64,000 nucleotides of DNA from Chrysomallon squamiferum. Lineage: Eukaryota; Animalia; Mollusca. The notes beneath the pieces were generated by a model, which saw only the letters and a list, made by a program, of their open reading frames with translations, was not told the DNA's origin and did not search any database. A program made the translations under genes and the position numbers. The DNA lies in NCBI GenBank assembly GCA_012295275.1, contig CM022675.1:15624001-15688000 (forward strand), read 5' to 3'. Shown piece by piece: positions 1 through 11,808 of the stretch; the stretch's first letter is position 1; every line of letters starts with the position of its first letter.

Positions 1-72
1 TGTGGGAAGGAAAGGGCATAACCATCTAAACAATACTGTCATCAAGTAAATTTGAAACCTGAGGTTTCTAAC

Positions 73-2627
73 CTGTTTTGCTTATTCCATGACAGGTGTG
101 AGGATGAAAGCTTGGAATCATGTTGCATTGTTTTTTGAGATGATGGAGAACTAAAATAATTAAAGTTGCAGTTTTATCTGAACCAGTAGGTGCACATACC
201 ATCAAATCTCATCTCTGAAGCACAATTCACAAATATTAATAATATAAGACATATTTCAAAATTAGAGTAGGGAAATTATGTAATCCATCAAGGGTTTCAG
301 AAATGGAAAAGGAGTTTATGTAAAATGTAAAAGTAACTAACAACAAACAAGCTGTATGTGACCCCTAATCAGTATTTACATGCTTGAAAAGAGTAACAGT
401 AAAATAACAATTTATCCTAAAAGTTGTATCTATATGAAATCAACAATTGTGTTATATGAACTGCTATTGTGATTAATATTCTTGTTCTTTTTTTTATTTT
501 TATTAAAACTGCAAACTGTTTGTGAAACAAGGGCAAAATTAATAATAAAAAAATATTTAAAATGATCAAAAATACATCACTACCATCAACACCAACAAAA
601 ATAAAAAGCAAGCATACACACACGTAACATAACAGGGGTGGCCTGAATCTGTATGGGTGTGGGCATGGAGTAGCCCACTGAGTTGATGTTTTCTAAAGTG
701 TTGGATGTAAACTGCGTCCACTCTGCAGCTGAGCGAAACTGTTTACTGGATCAGGGATGTCAGTAAACATGCATAAATGATTAATCTCTAAAAGAAACAA
801 TAATTAAAAATGTGTAAATAAATAAAAAATGTACCAAAAAAATAAATCTTTTTTTTTTTTAAATTTAAGTTTTATTATTATATTTTTAACTTAAAGTTCT
901 AAAAATAACTATTTTGTTGTTTTTTTTCTCTCCAATTTCTCAGCATGGAAGATAATTTCCTGTATATTTCTTTTCAGATTTCTTATATTACTATAATATT
1001 TTGTTGTTATATCAAAGTTATAACACATATATTTAGATTTATTTTGTTTGCTTATAATCACCATCAGAACTTTTATTTATAGTATTTTAGTAATCTTAGA
1101 CATAAATGTTAGTTTTGATTTTTAAACCATACCTCCTGTTTCAACTCAGCTAGTGTAGTTCTTGTTCTTTTCTTCTTCTTCAGTCTGTTTGAAGTCTGTG
1201 GATCAAGGTCTCTTTATGAAGTGAAGTTACCAAGGAGATGAAGTTCAGTCTCTTCAGCCTCCTTTTCATTATCAGACTCTTCGATAGAGTCTGATTCATT
1301 TTTATCAGACACTTCACTATAGCTGTCACTCTTGTCTGATGAATCAGATAATTCAACTGTTGATAATAAAGTTAAAATAAAATAAAAATACCAACCAAAT
1401 TACTTAATAAATAAGGAAAGAAAAAAGAATGAAAGATAGGAAGGAAAGAAAAGAAAATAATAATAGAAAAAAGTATTCATTGTATTTTCACATAAATTTT
1501 TGCTGCAGCCATATTTTTTATGAATCGATTATTAAAAATATTTGTAAAATTATTCATTGTCATGAAAAATAAAAATATTAAATCAAACATAATGCTTTTA
1601 CTGCTAGATGGACTGAACTAACATGACATCCATATTTATATAATAAATCTGAAACCAAATTTATTTAGATCACCATTTTTCACTTTCTTGGATTCTTTGG
1701 TTTTCTTTATATCTGACTTTCGTTTCCTTTCTGTTGTATGTCAATACAATGAGTATTTTTAAATGAATCATTTTGTAGTTTCTCTCTTGTGACTGAATAG
1801 GGGAAAGTATCTGAAATTTAAAACCAAAATGTATATTACTAGTCTCGGTTTGACGGTTGTTTTTAAAAAAAAAAAAAAAAAAAAAAATTATTTTAATGAC
1901 ATATCAGCATCTTTCACATAATCAATTGGTAACTGTATAACGTAATTTTTAATTTTAATTTTTTTTTTTTTTAAACATGACAAAACATAGTCTCTGCAGT
2001 CACTCTATGATTAACTGAATTGTTACAACAGCAGAAATAAATATTTATATGCAGGTAAATCAGGAACGTTAATATCATAGCTGCATGCACAGTGGAGTAT
2101 CAAAGTCTACTTTTGACTTTGTGAGGCACAGAAGTTAGAACCTAGATAACAGAATACTTCTATGTAAAACAGTATCCTGAGTAGTGAGTATGATTAGGGT
2201 TAGAGTGTAAGAAGGTAATTCAAAAATAAAAAATTAATGATTAATTTAATGTATATGATTTATATCGTTTGTTTACATTAATAATAATTTAAAAAAAAAG
2301 AAAAAAGAAAAAAAAGAAAACCTAATACTGTATTAGTACTAATATTATATTAATACTAATAGTTCAAATGAAGTATCCATAAAATTTGTGTTTGATATAT
2401 CTGATATCATATAATGATATATTATTATATATTATATTAATGAATTATCTTGCGACAAAATTATTTATATTATTTAGGCGACATTTTTTTCCCCGTATAA
2501 GGTATAACACAAGAGGCACTGTTAATAATTTTATCGTAGTTCGATAACCGGAAGTATCGGCTTACCTTAATTTGCCAATATCTATTTTAAGATTGATAAA
2601 CACTAATTTTGTAGATCTCATATGCAT
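73..2627 (-). pseudogene. DDX52: Unprocessed pseudogene of DEAD-box RNA helicase DDX52/Rok1 (5' part; may continue past the window start)
   Basis: Minus-strand exons with GT-AG ends at about 2566-2627 (degraded, least certain), 1674-1810, 1133-1356, 622-787 and 73-214. They translate to ...KKKKRTRTTLAELKQE / INHL..TDIPDPVNSFAQL...ENINSVGYSMPTPIQIQATPVML / R*DLMVCAPTGSDKTA...HHLKKQ...AFILTPVME*AKQ, matching the Q motif, motif I and motif Ia of DDX52 as I recall it (TDLPDP...GFQMPTPIQMQAIPVML..RELLASAPTGSGKT). Lesions: in-frame stops at 1214-1216, 209-211 and 82-84, frameshifts in the last two exons, and Walker A GKT changed to DKT. Confidence 0.9.
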
Positions 2628-2830
2628 GTACGTTAACTGTAGTCTTGATAAACAAAACCTTGAGTCTCGCTGACTCAGTATCGTCAATCTGATCGTGACC
2701 ATTCGGATCATCTCGGCCGAATACGTGGACAAATCCGAACCTTCTCGAATACCGTCTTAGCTTCTGTCGTCTGCTTCGCGGTGTTCCGATTTCTGGCTGC
2801 TGGTTCTTTTCGTTTTCGTTGGGGTTTTTC
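2540..2830. promoter_or_regulatory. CpG-rich promoter-like patch at the 5' end of the DDX52 pseudogene
   Basis: Local CpG/GC enrichment around the first exon, with an ETS-type motif CCGGAAGT at 2548-2555. Confidence 0.4.
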
Positions 2831-3094
2831 TTTGTCTTTGAATTGATTTGTTTGATTGGTTTGTTAAAAAGCGTCTGACAAAGAATTTCAATATCATATA
2901 CGTTGGTATATTTGCATAAGTGATTATTCGAAGCATATTTTTTTAATCTTACTTCAAAAGTTAATGATCAAGTACATGTTTTCCTTCACTTAAAAGCTGA
3001 AATATGAATATTTTTTGTTTGGGCTACCAAAATAAATTTGGACCATTGAATTTTTTTCAAGTTTTGGAATATCACATTATGGACACATAGCTTA

Positions 3095-3148
<54 letters not shown>

Positions 3149-3826
3149 TAATTAATTAATTAATTAAGAAGAAGATATGAACTCTTTTCAAAAAAATGGG
3201 AAAAAGTGGTAATACAAAATTGGAAATTGGAGTAGTCGAATTAGTAACCAACATATTTTGTTTGTTATCGTTATTATTATTTTATTATTATTATTATTGT
3301 TATTATTATTATTATTATTAATGATTTAACATTTTTTATTTAGCTTTTTAGAAATGCTTAATTTTCATTCTATCTCGTTTACAACCAAAGATCTATTAAT
3401 GCATAAAACATCAGTCTTTATTGACTTGTAGTCCTTAACTCTTTTTATCTACAGCATTTATATTTCATAAAACTACAATAAAAGCAGCTTCACATCTGAT
3501 GACAAAATATAAAATGTATAAAATAGTAAACATGAAGGAGCAAAGTCACATACACCTGTTTATATTTAACAAACAAAACCCAATCTGGAAATGACCTTTA
3601 AATAATCTTGTAAAACAATTAACTATTAAACTTATAGGACGTGTCTGCTTCTTGTAACAGTCCATTAGAATTCGAATTAGTCACTTTAATAGCATTCAGC
3701 TAATTGGAGCAATAACACATTCACTACTTAGTGGAATGACAACATGCACGATGAGCATGTTCATGCAGTGGTGATGATAGAGAAATGATAAACTCATCGT
3801 ATATTTGATGTCTTAAATATATATCA

Positions 3827-4820
3827 CAAGACAGCTGGTATGTCTTAACCATCTACAAATTACAAGACAGCTGAGTGTGTGTCTTAAGCATATCCACAAA
3901 ACAGCTGGGTATGTCTTAAACATATCCATACCACAAGACAACTGGATATGTCTTAATCATCTACACAATAAAAGACAGCTGGGTATGTCTTAATCATCTA
4001 CATAGTAAAAGACAGCTGGGTATGTCTTAATCATCTACATAGTAAAAGACAGCTGGGTATGTCTTAATCATCTACACAGTACAAGACAGCTGGGTATGTC
4101 TTAATCATCTACACAGTACAAGACAGCTGGGTATGTCTTAATCATCTACACAGTAAAAGACAGCTGGGTATGTCTTAATCATCTACATAGTAAAAGACAC
4201 CTGGGTATGTCTTAATCATCTACACAACACAAGACAGCTGGGCATGTCTTAATCATCTACACAGTACAAGACAGCTGGCATGTCTTAAACATATCCCATA
4301 ACACAAGACAGCTGGGCATGTCTTAAACATATCCCATAACACAAGACAGTTGGCATGTCTTAAACATATCCCATAACACAAGACAGCTGGACATGTCTTA
4401 AACATATCCCATAACACAAGACAGCTGGGTATGTCTTAAACATATCCCATAACACAAGACGCTGAGCTTGTCTTACTCATCTACATACTTCAAGACAGCT
4501 AGATATGTTTTAGATGCATGCAACAAGAGAGTTGGACTTGCTTTTTAGACATATGCACAAAAGAACTTGGCTTGTCTTAGATGCGTACACAAGGCAGCTG
4601 CTCTTATCTTAGACAGATGCATACAACAAAAGAGTTGGGCTTGTGTTAAACAGATGAACAAGACAGCTGTGCATGTCTTTGACAGATGCATATCACAACA
4701 TAGCTGGTCATGTAGGATGATGTCTATATGCTTGCATTATTCCAAAGTAACAAGACAGAACTGTAATAGCGAAAGCTTCATAGTACAAAACATCTGGGTA
4801 TGTCGAAAGCATGTCTTAGA
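3827..4820. repeat. 37-38 bp minisatellite with a palindromic core
   Basis: Unit AAGACAGCTGGGTATGTCTT + AATCATCTACACAGTAC, or + AAACATATCCCATAACAC. Period is 37 bp between 4011 and 4048. Well conserved to about 4500, then degenerate. Confidence 0.9.
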
Positions 4821-5177
4821 GGTCTTTACAAAACACAGAAACTAAACCATTTTGGTAATAACATATCCATGTGATAACTTGAATAATTCAAAATCGGTAG
4901 GTATGTTTCATTTTGTGTATCTGTTTTATGAGAAATATTTGTGTTAATGGTTTAGTACCGAGTATGAAATTAAAAGAGAGAAAGTGTGTTGGGTGTGTTT
5001 GGGTGTGCTTGCATAATAAATAAATAACATAATTACAATTATTAGGAGGTTTTTATTTAATTTTCTTTTTAAACGAGCAGTGATGTTCTATACAGCTTAT
5101 TTCTTCTCCGGAATTTCTGTTTTCTGTAAAAAATAAAATAAATTTTATTTTACATGACAGAATTTAGAAACATACTC

Positions 5178-5223
<46 letters not shown>

Positions 5224-5571
5224 TTCATATTATATTTAGTTTGAATTTTGTTAACTAGTGATCACTTGAAAAGAACTGTTTAATCAGTTAAACTCTCATC
5301 AATGTTCTCATTATTATTTTTTATTTCGCTTCCATTGTTTTAGAAAAACACAAAGAGATTTTTTTATTTCTTAAACTGTACTTGAAAACGTAAAACACAT
5401 TTTATAAACTGTGTCTAATTTAAGAAACAGAATAATAAAAACAATGAATAGGGCCTAATAATAACAGATGTGTATTGCTACCTAAAAATACTACAATTTA
5501 TAAATAATTAATAGAATATTCTTATACAGAAAGCAACATTAATACTGAGCAAATAATAAAGTCATATTACA

Positions 5572-6480
5572 TTAACAAATTGATTTGCAAGCGTTAGGTT
5601 GTTTTTGTTGAAGATTAGCACAGAATGTTGCAGTTCCAGATTGTTGACTTCGCTGAGTCATTATTCTGCAGAACCAAGTACCTCTGTCTGCGCATCCCGA
5701 TGTTGCTGTGAAAAAAAAAGAAATTATTATTATGATTATTGTTATTGCTGTTGTTATACTGCTATTATTATTGTTGTTATTGTTATTGTTACTATTGTTA
5801 ACAATATTATTGTTGTTATTGTCATTATTGTCATTATTATTAATATTATTATCGTTGTTAATATTGTTATTGGTGTTGTTGTTGTTATTATTGCTGTTGT
5901 TGTTATTGTTTTAGTCGTCTTGTTTTTGTTCTTGTAACCGTCAGTGTTGTAGTCATTATCATTTTTATATCAGATTATATTATCACAAACATAACTATTA
6001 TCATGATTATCGGTAAAATGGCCATCATTTTCATCATCTTCTTCTTATGTACGTTTTCCTGTTGATTTCTCGTTAAAATATTAATAACTGAAAACTGGGA
6101 TAATAAACACATCACTAACATATTGCTAATAAAATGTTCAGTGCTGATTATTATTTTATTTTATTTTATTTTCGACTTATATCGTGTCGAAATAAACGTA
6201 ATTTCTACGACAACTTAACGTACACTTACTTGTACAATTTCCGCAAGATTGTTGACAGTTGTGAGAGACGATTGATAATTTACACGAGGTTGCAAAGGCC
6301 GCTGTGGCTTCAGTCTTAGCTCCATCGCTGCACTCTGATGACAAAACGAGACAAAAGAATGCACTTTATTTGACAACCGTTTAGTCCATTCTTTAGTTGA
6401 TATGGTGTAAAATGTGAAATTTTATTTTTTTTTCATTTTTTCATTTTTTTTTTTTTGTATTTACTTTCTTAACACTTTTA

Positions 6481-6513
<33 letters not shown>

Positions 6514-8159
6514 ACATCATAACTCTAATTAAAAAAATAAGTATATTAAACAAATATTTTTAAAAATATACTCACTCTTCTTACAAATTCCGCCATAATA
6601 TTCGTCAGTACATATACACTTCTTTGTTTTTTTATCATACGTTCCGCCGTTTAAACACTCTGTTTGAAATTAAAAAATTAAAATTAAATAAATCAAATAA
6701 ATTACGGTATAATCATTTTTTATTAATACATGCTTATCTCTATGTGTTTGTGTGTGTATATGTGTGTATGTATTTTAGTTAGTTATTAAAGAAGTCTACA
6801 TTTTTATATGTAAAGTGCGCGCGTGTATACACATCAGGGTACACTTAAATATTCTTCATTTAATAATCTGAGCCAGTAACTTGTACTGGTGAAGAAAAAG
6901 AAAAGGAAAATAGATCTATAATTGGAAAATTGTGTTCTTCTTTTCGTTTTCGTTTTTTAAATGGCAGCACATGTGTTTTCTGATGTATAAATCATTAATG
7001 ACAGATTATTAACTTTGTGTTACTGGTCCCTAAATTCATAAAAAATAGTTATTCTGTTATAAAGGCGATTATTCATATTGACACAGAGAAAAATTTAGTA
7101 TAAACAATGAACATAATGAAACACTTCTTACACATTAAACAACAAACCAGCTTAGACAAATAAACAATAAACCAGAAACAGACAATTTATAATTCAGTAC
7201 AGTCACAGGGAAAATTTCGTTTATTAAGTATAAAAAATAAACATAAATAAGCACTTGTTAAAACCTAACAACGTGTCACTTAACAATGACAGTGACTTTA
7301 TTCTCATGCACTGCTGGATCACAGTACAGATAAGAATATATTACAGATAATAACAAAATTAAAATGCACGTACATGGAGGACATACTCTCTCACATATAG
7401 TTCTTATTAATAAACACAGCTTTTAATTTTTACTGTTAAACAAAGTTTTTATATGAAAATATATTTTGATGTCTCATATATTTATCTGGTATACCTTTCC
7501 TCGCATTTAATAACACAGGATCATTACATTCAAATATATAATGATATGCATCTCCAATTTTGTTAAGACTACAAATATGACATTTTCGTGTTTCATAAGA
7601 CATTAGCGTTCTTAAGAGATAGCAAAGTAAGTTCTCTAACTTCAATTCATTTTTAAAAAATTTATAATTAATAGTATTTGGAGACATTTAAGTGTGATTT
7701 AAAACAGTTTAGTAAAAGGCTGAGTAGCATAGATAAAAAATCAGTCTACTGAAAAATAATTCCAGCTTGACCTTGATTTTCTCTAGGTCAACCAGTACGT
7801 TGCTGTCTAATTACATTTACCAGAAAATAGCATCAATGTTAAGAATTAGAAACAAACCTGCATGTTCTAAATCGTCTTAGGCTGTAGAATGCGGGACATC
7901 AAATACAAAAACAAAGTTCACTGTTATAATACGTATATCTTTTGCACTTACACGAACTTAATCTACATAGAAACGCTCATAAAAAAAAATGGAATGAAAG
8001 AAGGAACCAAGGATAAAAACATTAACAGCTAGAATAATATAACATTTCAGTACATGTACCAACAATTAAAACTTTTAAATATAAATATGTAAAATACTTA
8101 CTCTTAGAAAGTGCTATCTGCAGCACCAGGCAAATAACAAAAACTTGGAATAAAGTCAT
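5572..8159 (-). CDS. Secreted cysteine-rich toxin-like protein (signal peptide, EGF-like, two ShK-like domains), 126 aa, 4 coding exons
   Basis: Exons 8102-8159, 6576-6659, 6230-6334 and 5572-5705. All introns are GT-AG and phase 1, and the frame is open from ATG to TAA. Protein: MTLFQVFVICLVLQIALSKKCLNGGTYDKKTKKCICTDEYYGGICKKKCSDGAKTEATAAFATSCKLSIVSHNCQQSCGNCTTTSGCADRGTWFCRIMTQRSQQSGTATFCANLQQKQPNACKSIC*. CxNGG...CxC...YxGxxC is EGF-like; CxD...CxxSCxxC is ShK-like. Confidence 0.85.
7400..7690 (-). mobile_element. 3' fragment of a non-LTR retrotransposon (LINE ORF2 C-terminal Cys/His region) in intron 1 of the EGF-ShK gene
   Basis: Translation YKFFKNELKLENLL...RKCHICSLNKIGDAYHYIFECN...R..IPDKY matches the RxCxxC...GDExHYxFxC motif found after the RT domain of LINE ORF2 proteins. 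Confidence 0.75.
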
Positions 8160-8213
8160 TTTTACAAGTTTCGTCTTCTCAGATCTCTGATGTTTACATA
8201 GAAATGTTTCCTT

Positions 8214-8221
8214 TATTTATA
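8214..8221 (-). promoter_or_regulatory. Candidate TATA box of the EGF-ShK gene
   Basis: TATAAATA on the minus strand about 55 bp upstream of the ATG at 8159. The AT-rich background weakens the call. Confidence 0.45.
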
Positions 8222-9702
8222 ATCAGAAGATGTTCTGTATTTTAATTAATTTACACAGAAAGTCACGTTTTCACCTTGTTCACGTGTGGCAGGTGTTACT
8301 AAGATTAAAAGAGTATGACATAGTTATTTTGTCATGCACTATTGGTCATATTTATAAAAATCAGTAATTAAAATGAAAGAATTAAAACAAATGAATTATA
8401 TGAATATTTCTTTATGTATATGTTTGTGTATGATGCTCTGTATGCACTGAACATTAGAAGACTTTTTCTGTATTTGTATGTCACTTATAATGTATGTAAA
8501 TCAAAAGACAAATTGTTAAATACATTTTATTATTGGGATAGCCTTTTCTGTCTGAATTATAACAAAAATATATATTCATTTAACGAAAATATATTTTTTG
8601 CAAAATATCAGAATGAAATATCGATTGTGTTTCTGTTTATTTGGAAATCGGTATATCAAAATATTTTAAATGTTAAAAGTAGAGAATATTACTGAATTCA
8701 ATGTTTTTATCACTTAAAATATTCTTCAAGAAAAATAGTGAATTATGTATATGTAAAACTATTATTACTCACCATAAAATACATTACTACTGTATGTTAT
8801 TTAATTAATTTGTTTATCTGTAATGTATTTGCATACTGATGTCTTTTTTGTTTTTGTCCATATATGTTTTCTATTAATAGTTCGGTGTCTCAATGTAAAT
8901 TTGCAGTTTTGAATAAAATTATTATTTGAAGATATTTTCACCGATATTGTTTGGAGGAAAACATAAAAAAGGCATTTCGCAAAGGGCGTCTTGGGGAAAA
9001 AAAAAAATAATAAAAAAAAAAATAATAATAACTTTCAGGGCTAGTAACTGACCTTTATAGTGGTAAATCTAATTTTTTAATTCTGGGATTTATCGGATTT
9101 TGTGATGAAACTTGTCATGTACAGACATACTGTTCGTTTAAGAAATCGAAGACTTAGAACAAAGCAAGTAGCCAATCTGAAATTGGCTTTCATTCTGTTT
9201 TTTCTCTCCCTCCCCCAACCGACTACACGTTCTCTGGTTATACAGATATATATTTTTAAATATCAATAACATTAACCATTATTAAAATTTTCTGTGACCA
9301 CACAACAAAACATTTTTTTTTTTTTTTTTTTTTCTTTTCTGATAAAAGTCAGATAACAACGATTTCAAAATTAACTGTCAAGCTGTCTCATGTCCGACTC
9401 CTCGGGAGGTTGTGGGATAGCTACGTGCCTTCTGACACTCACCACATTACTAATGTGTGAATTAAAAATAACATATTAATTGAAGAAGCCCCAGAACGTG
9501 GATGTGTAGTTAGATCATATTTTTAGCACGGGTTACTCGTAACAGCTCATATAAGACATGCAACCGTTTTGGGTGACCGATATTTGAATCACGTCCTCGA
9601 GCTAGTTTTCAACGTCCACTGCCTTATTTTTTACTTTTTGGTGCAGCTGTACCAACTGAGATCGTAGCACAGACTAAGTAACCAACCAGAAATTAGCTTT
9701 CA

Positions 9703-10203
9703 TTCAGTTTCGTCATCCTGTACTTGTTACAACCTTTCATGCTTTCCACAGGTCTGTGTTTATATCGGTCAGTATTGTCAACCATTAATAAAATAGTTTT
9801 ATTTGTTTCCAGACTTCAGTCCATATTTCAACTCAGGTCTTGATGGTCAAACAGCAAGAGCAAATGCCCCCATAAAAACAGATAATATAAAACTAATATA
9901 CTGCATTACATTAAAAGAAAAAATAGTATTTTTTTACTTATTAATTATAATTTTTTTTTTTTTTTTTTTTTTTGCTTATTGTGTATACTGAATAATCAAA
10001 GAATTGTGTGATATCACAATCTCACCTACTCGACCATAGTACTTACAACAGTCAGTTTTTAAAATTTGTTTTATGTTATCACACAGTTTAATACAAATAC
10101 GTAGAAACAAATGAAACTGTTTTATTAATGGTTGACAATACTGTTCGATATAAACATACATCCGTAGAAAGCATGAACGTTTAAAAGTGCAGGACGAAAC
10201 TGA
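9703..10203. repeat. Foldback structure: about 105-bp diverged inverted repeats with a spacer of about 290 bp (MITE-like)
   Basis: 9703-9812 (...CAGTATTGTCAACCATTAATAAAATAGTTTTATTTGTTTC) is the reverse complement of 10101-10203 (GAAACAAATGAAACTGTTTTATTAATGGTTGACAATACTG...). Confidence 0.75.
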
Positions 10204-10217
10204 TATATATATATATA

Positions 10218-10876
10218 CAGTGGTACCTTGACTTACGAGTTTAATTCGTTCCGGACCGAGCTCGTATCTCAATTTGCTATTATATCAAATCAATTTTCCT
10301 AACTGAAATTAACTGAAATACCATTAATCCGTCCCAGCCCCCCAAAACTAATATTTTTTATTTTTTTATTTTTTATATATATATATAAATACATATTTTT
10401 TGTTTTTGTAACAAAAACGTATGTTTTGTATTGTAAAGTGTATTTATCTTGGAGATCAGACAAATTTTTTTAACACCTTTGGCTGGAGTTAAGCCTTTAT
10501 CGACTCCTTCAGCTTATCGTAGAAGTATTACGCTCGTACTGCCAACCCAAGTCGTTAATTTTTTTCTGTGTATTCAAGCTTTAATTAATGGACATCATCC
10601 GCTTCTTCTTCTCAACACTGCCCTTTGCACTCACTGGATCCATGACCAGAAAAAAGAAATTTGGCAAAATATTGCACAAAACACAACTGAGATGCTTCCG
10701 CAGCGAGGTAACCACGTGATTGAGACGCGGGATGCTGGCCGGATGTTATGTTGTTCGTTGAGGCGGCGCATCTAAACTCGCTTGTAACACGGATTTCGGC
10801 TCGCAACTCAAAGCACAAAATCGCCCGGACTCGTAATTCGAAAAACTCGTAATTTGGGCACTCGTAAGTCGATGTA

Positions 10877-10882
<6 letters not shown>
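10218..10882 (-). mobile_element. Internally deleted Tigger/pogo-type DNA transposon (Tc1/mariner superfamily)
   Basis: Left end TA|CAGTGGTACCTTGACTTACGAG pairs with a diverged right end CTCGTAAGTCGATGTACATT. A degraded transposase N-terminus lies on the minus strand from 10643 (MDPVSAKGSVEKKKRMMSI...DLGWQYERNTSTI...LTPAKGVK), resembling the TIGD1/Tigger helix-turn-helix region. Confidence 0.85.
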
Positions 10883-10960
<78 letters not shown>

Positions 10961-11765
10961 TTAGAAAGAGACATATATATACATATATGGATGGATGGAT
11001 GGATAAACAGAATAGCAGATAGATGGAGAGATAACTAGATGGCTAGACAAACAGACAGATAAACAGATATAATGACAGATACAGAGATAGAGAGATCAAC
11101 ACCTGATATTAATATTTTTGACAAATAAGACTAAAGTTTTGTGAACTGGTGAAGTAATACATACACTCTGTCATTATGAAAGAAATTGCGCTAGTCAGAG
11201 AGACATCTTCTTTAATCATTTTTTTTTTTCTTTGATTACGTCGTGAATTTGTAAGATACGTCACAACAAGTTTTAAAACTTTTAACGACTAAAATAGAAA
11301 TACCTTAGTGTTGTTGTATACCCTTCTGATGATTAAATTGTAAAACAAACCAAGATACAAAAATTCAATTTAATGAGCATTATCTCAAACTCTGATTCAT
11401 AAAAATTAAATTAAAATACTGAATATATAAATATTGGATAGGCAGACAGATAGACAGTTAGATTGGGTAGAGGATTTCTAGGAACGTGTTGTCAAACAAA
11501 TGGAAATATTTTTATTACGTAAATTGGATTTTGCATTATTCGTCTGAACTCTGTAGTTATATAAAGCGTACATTTTCCGTATTATATCATTCTTCATGCT
11601 ACGTTTAATGTAATGGCTGGATATGTTTATACCCATGTTAATTCAGTTATACCGATTTCTCGTGTTTAATGTTTTTGCAACAAACAGTTTGCGTCTCTAT
11701 AGATGGACTATTCCTCACTGTAACGCAAAATGTTACGGGACCTGCTTCATTTGCGGTATTATTAA

Positions 11766-11808
<43 letters not shown>

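Noticed and set aside
1214-1216. In-frame TAA as possible stop-codon reassignment or readthrough
   Set aside because: The same gene has frameshifts and a broken Walker A motif, and other genes in the window end normally at TAA or TGA.
3827-4500. CRISPR-like look (palindromic repeat plus spacer)
   Set aside because: The linkers are only 17-18 bp and repeat in blocks rather than being unique. There are no cas genes and the context is eukaryotic, so this is a minisatellite.
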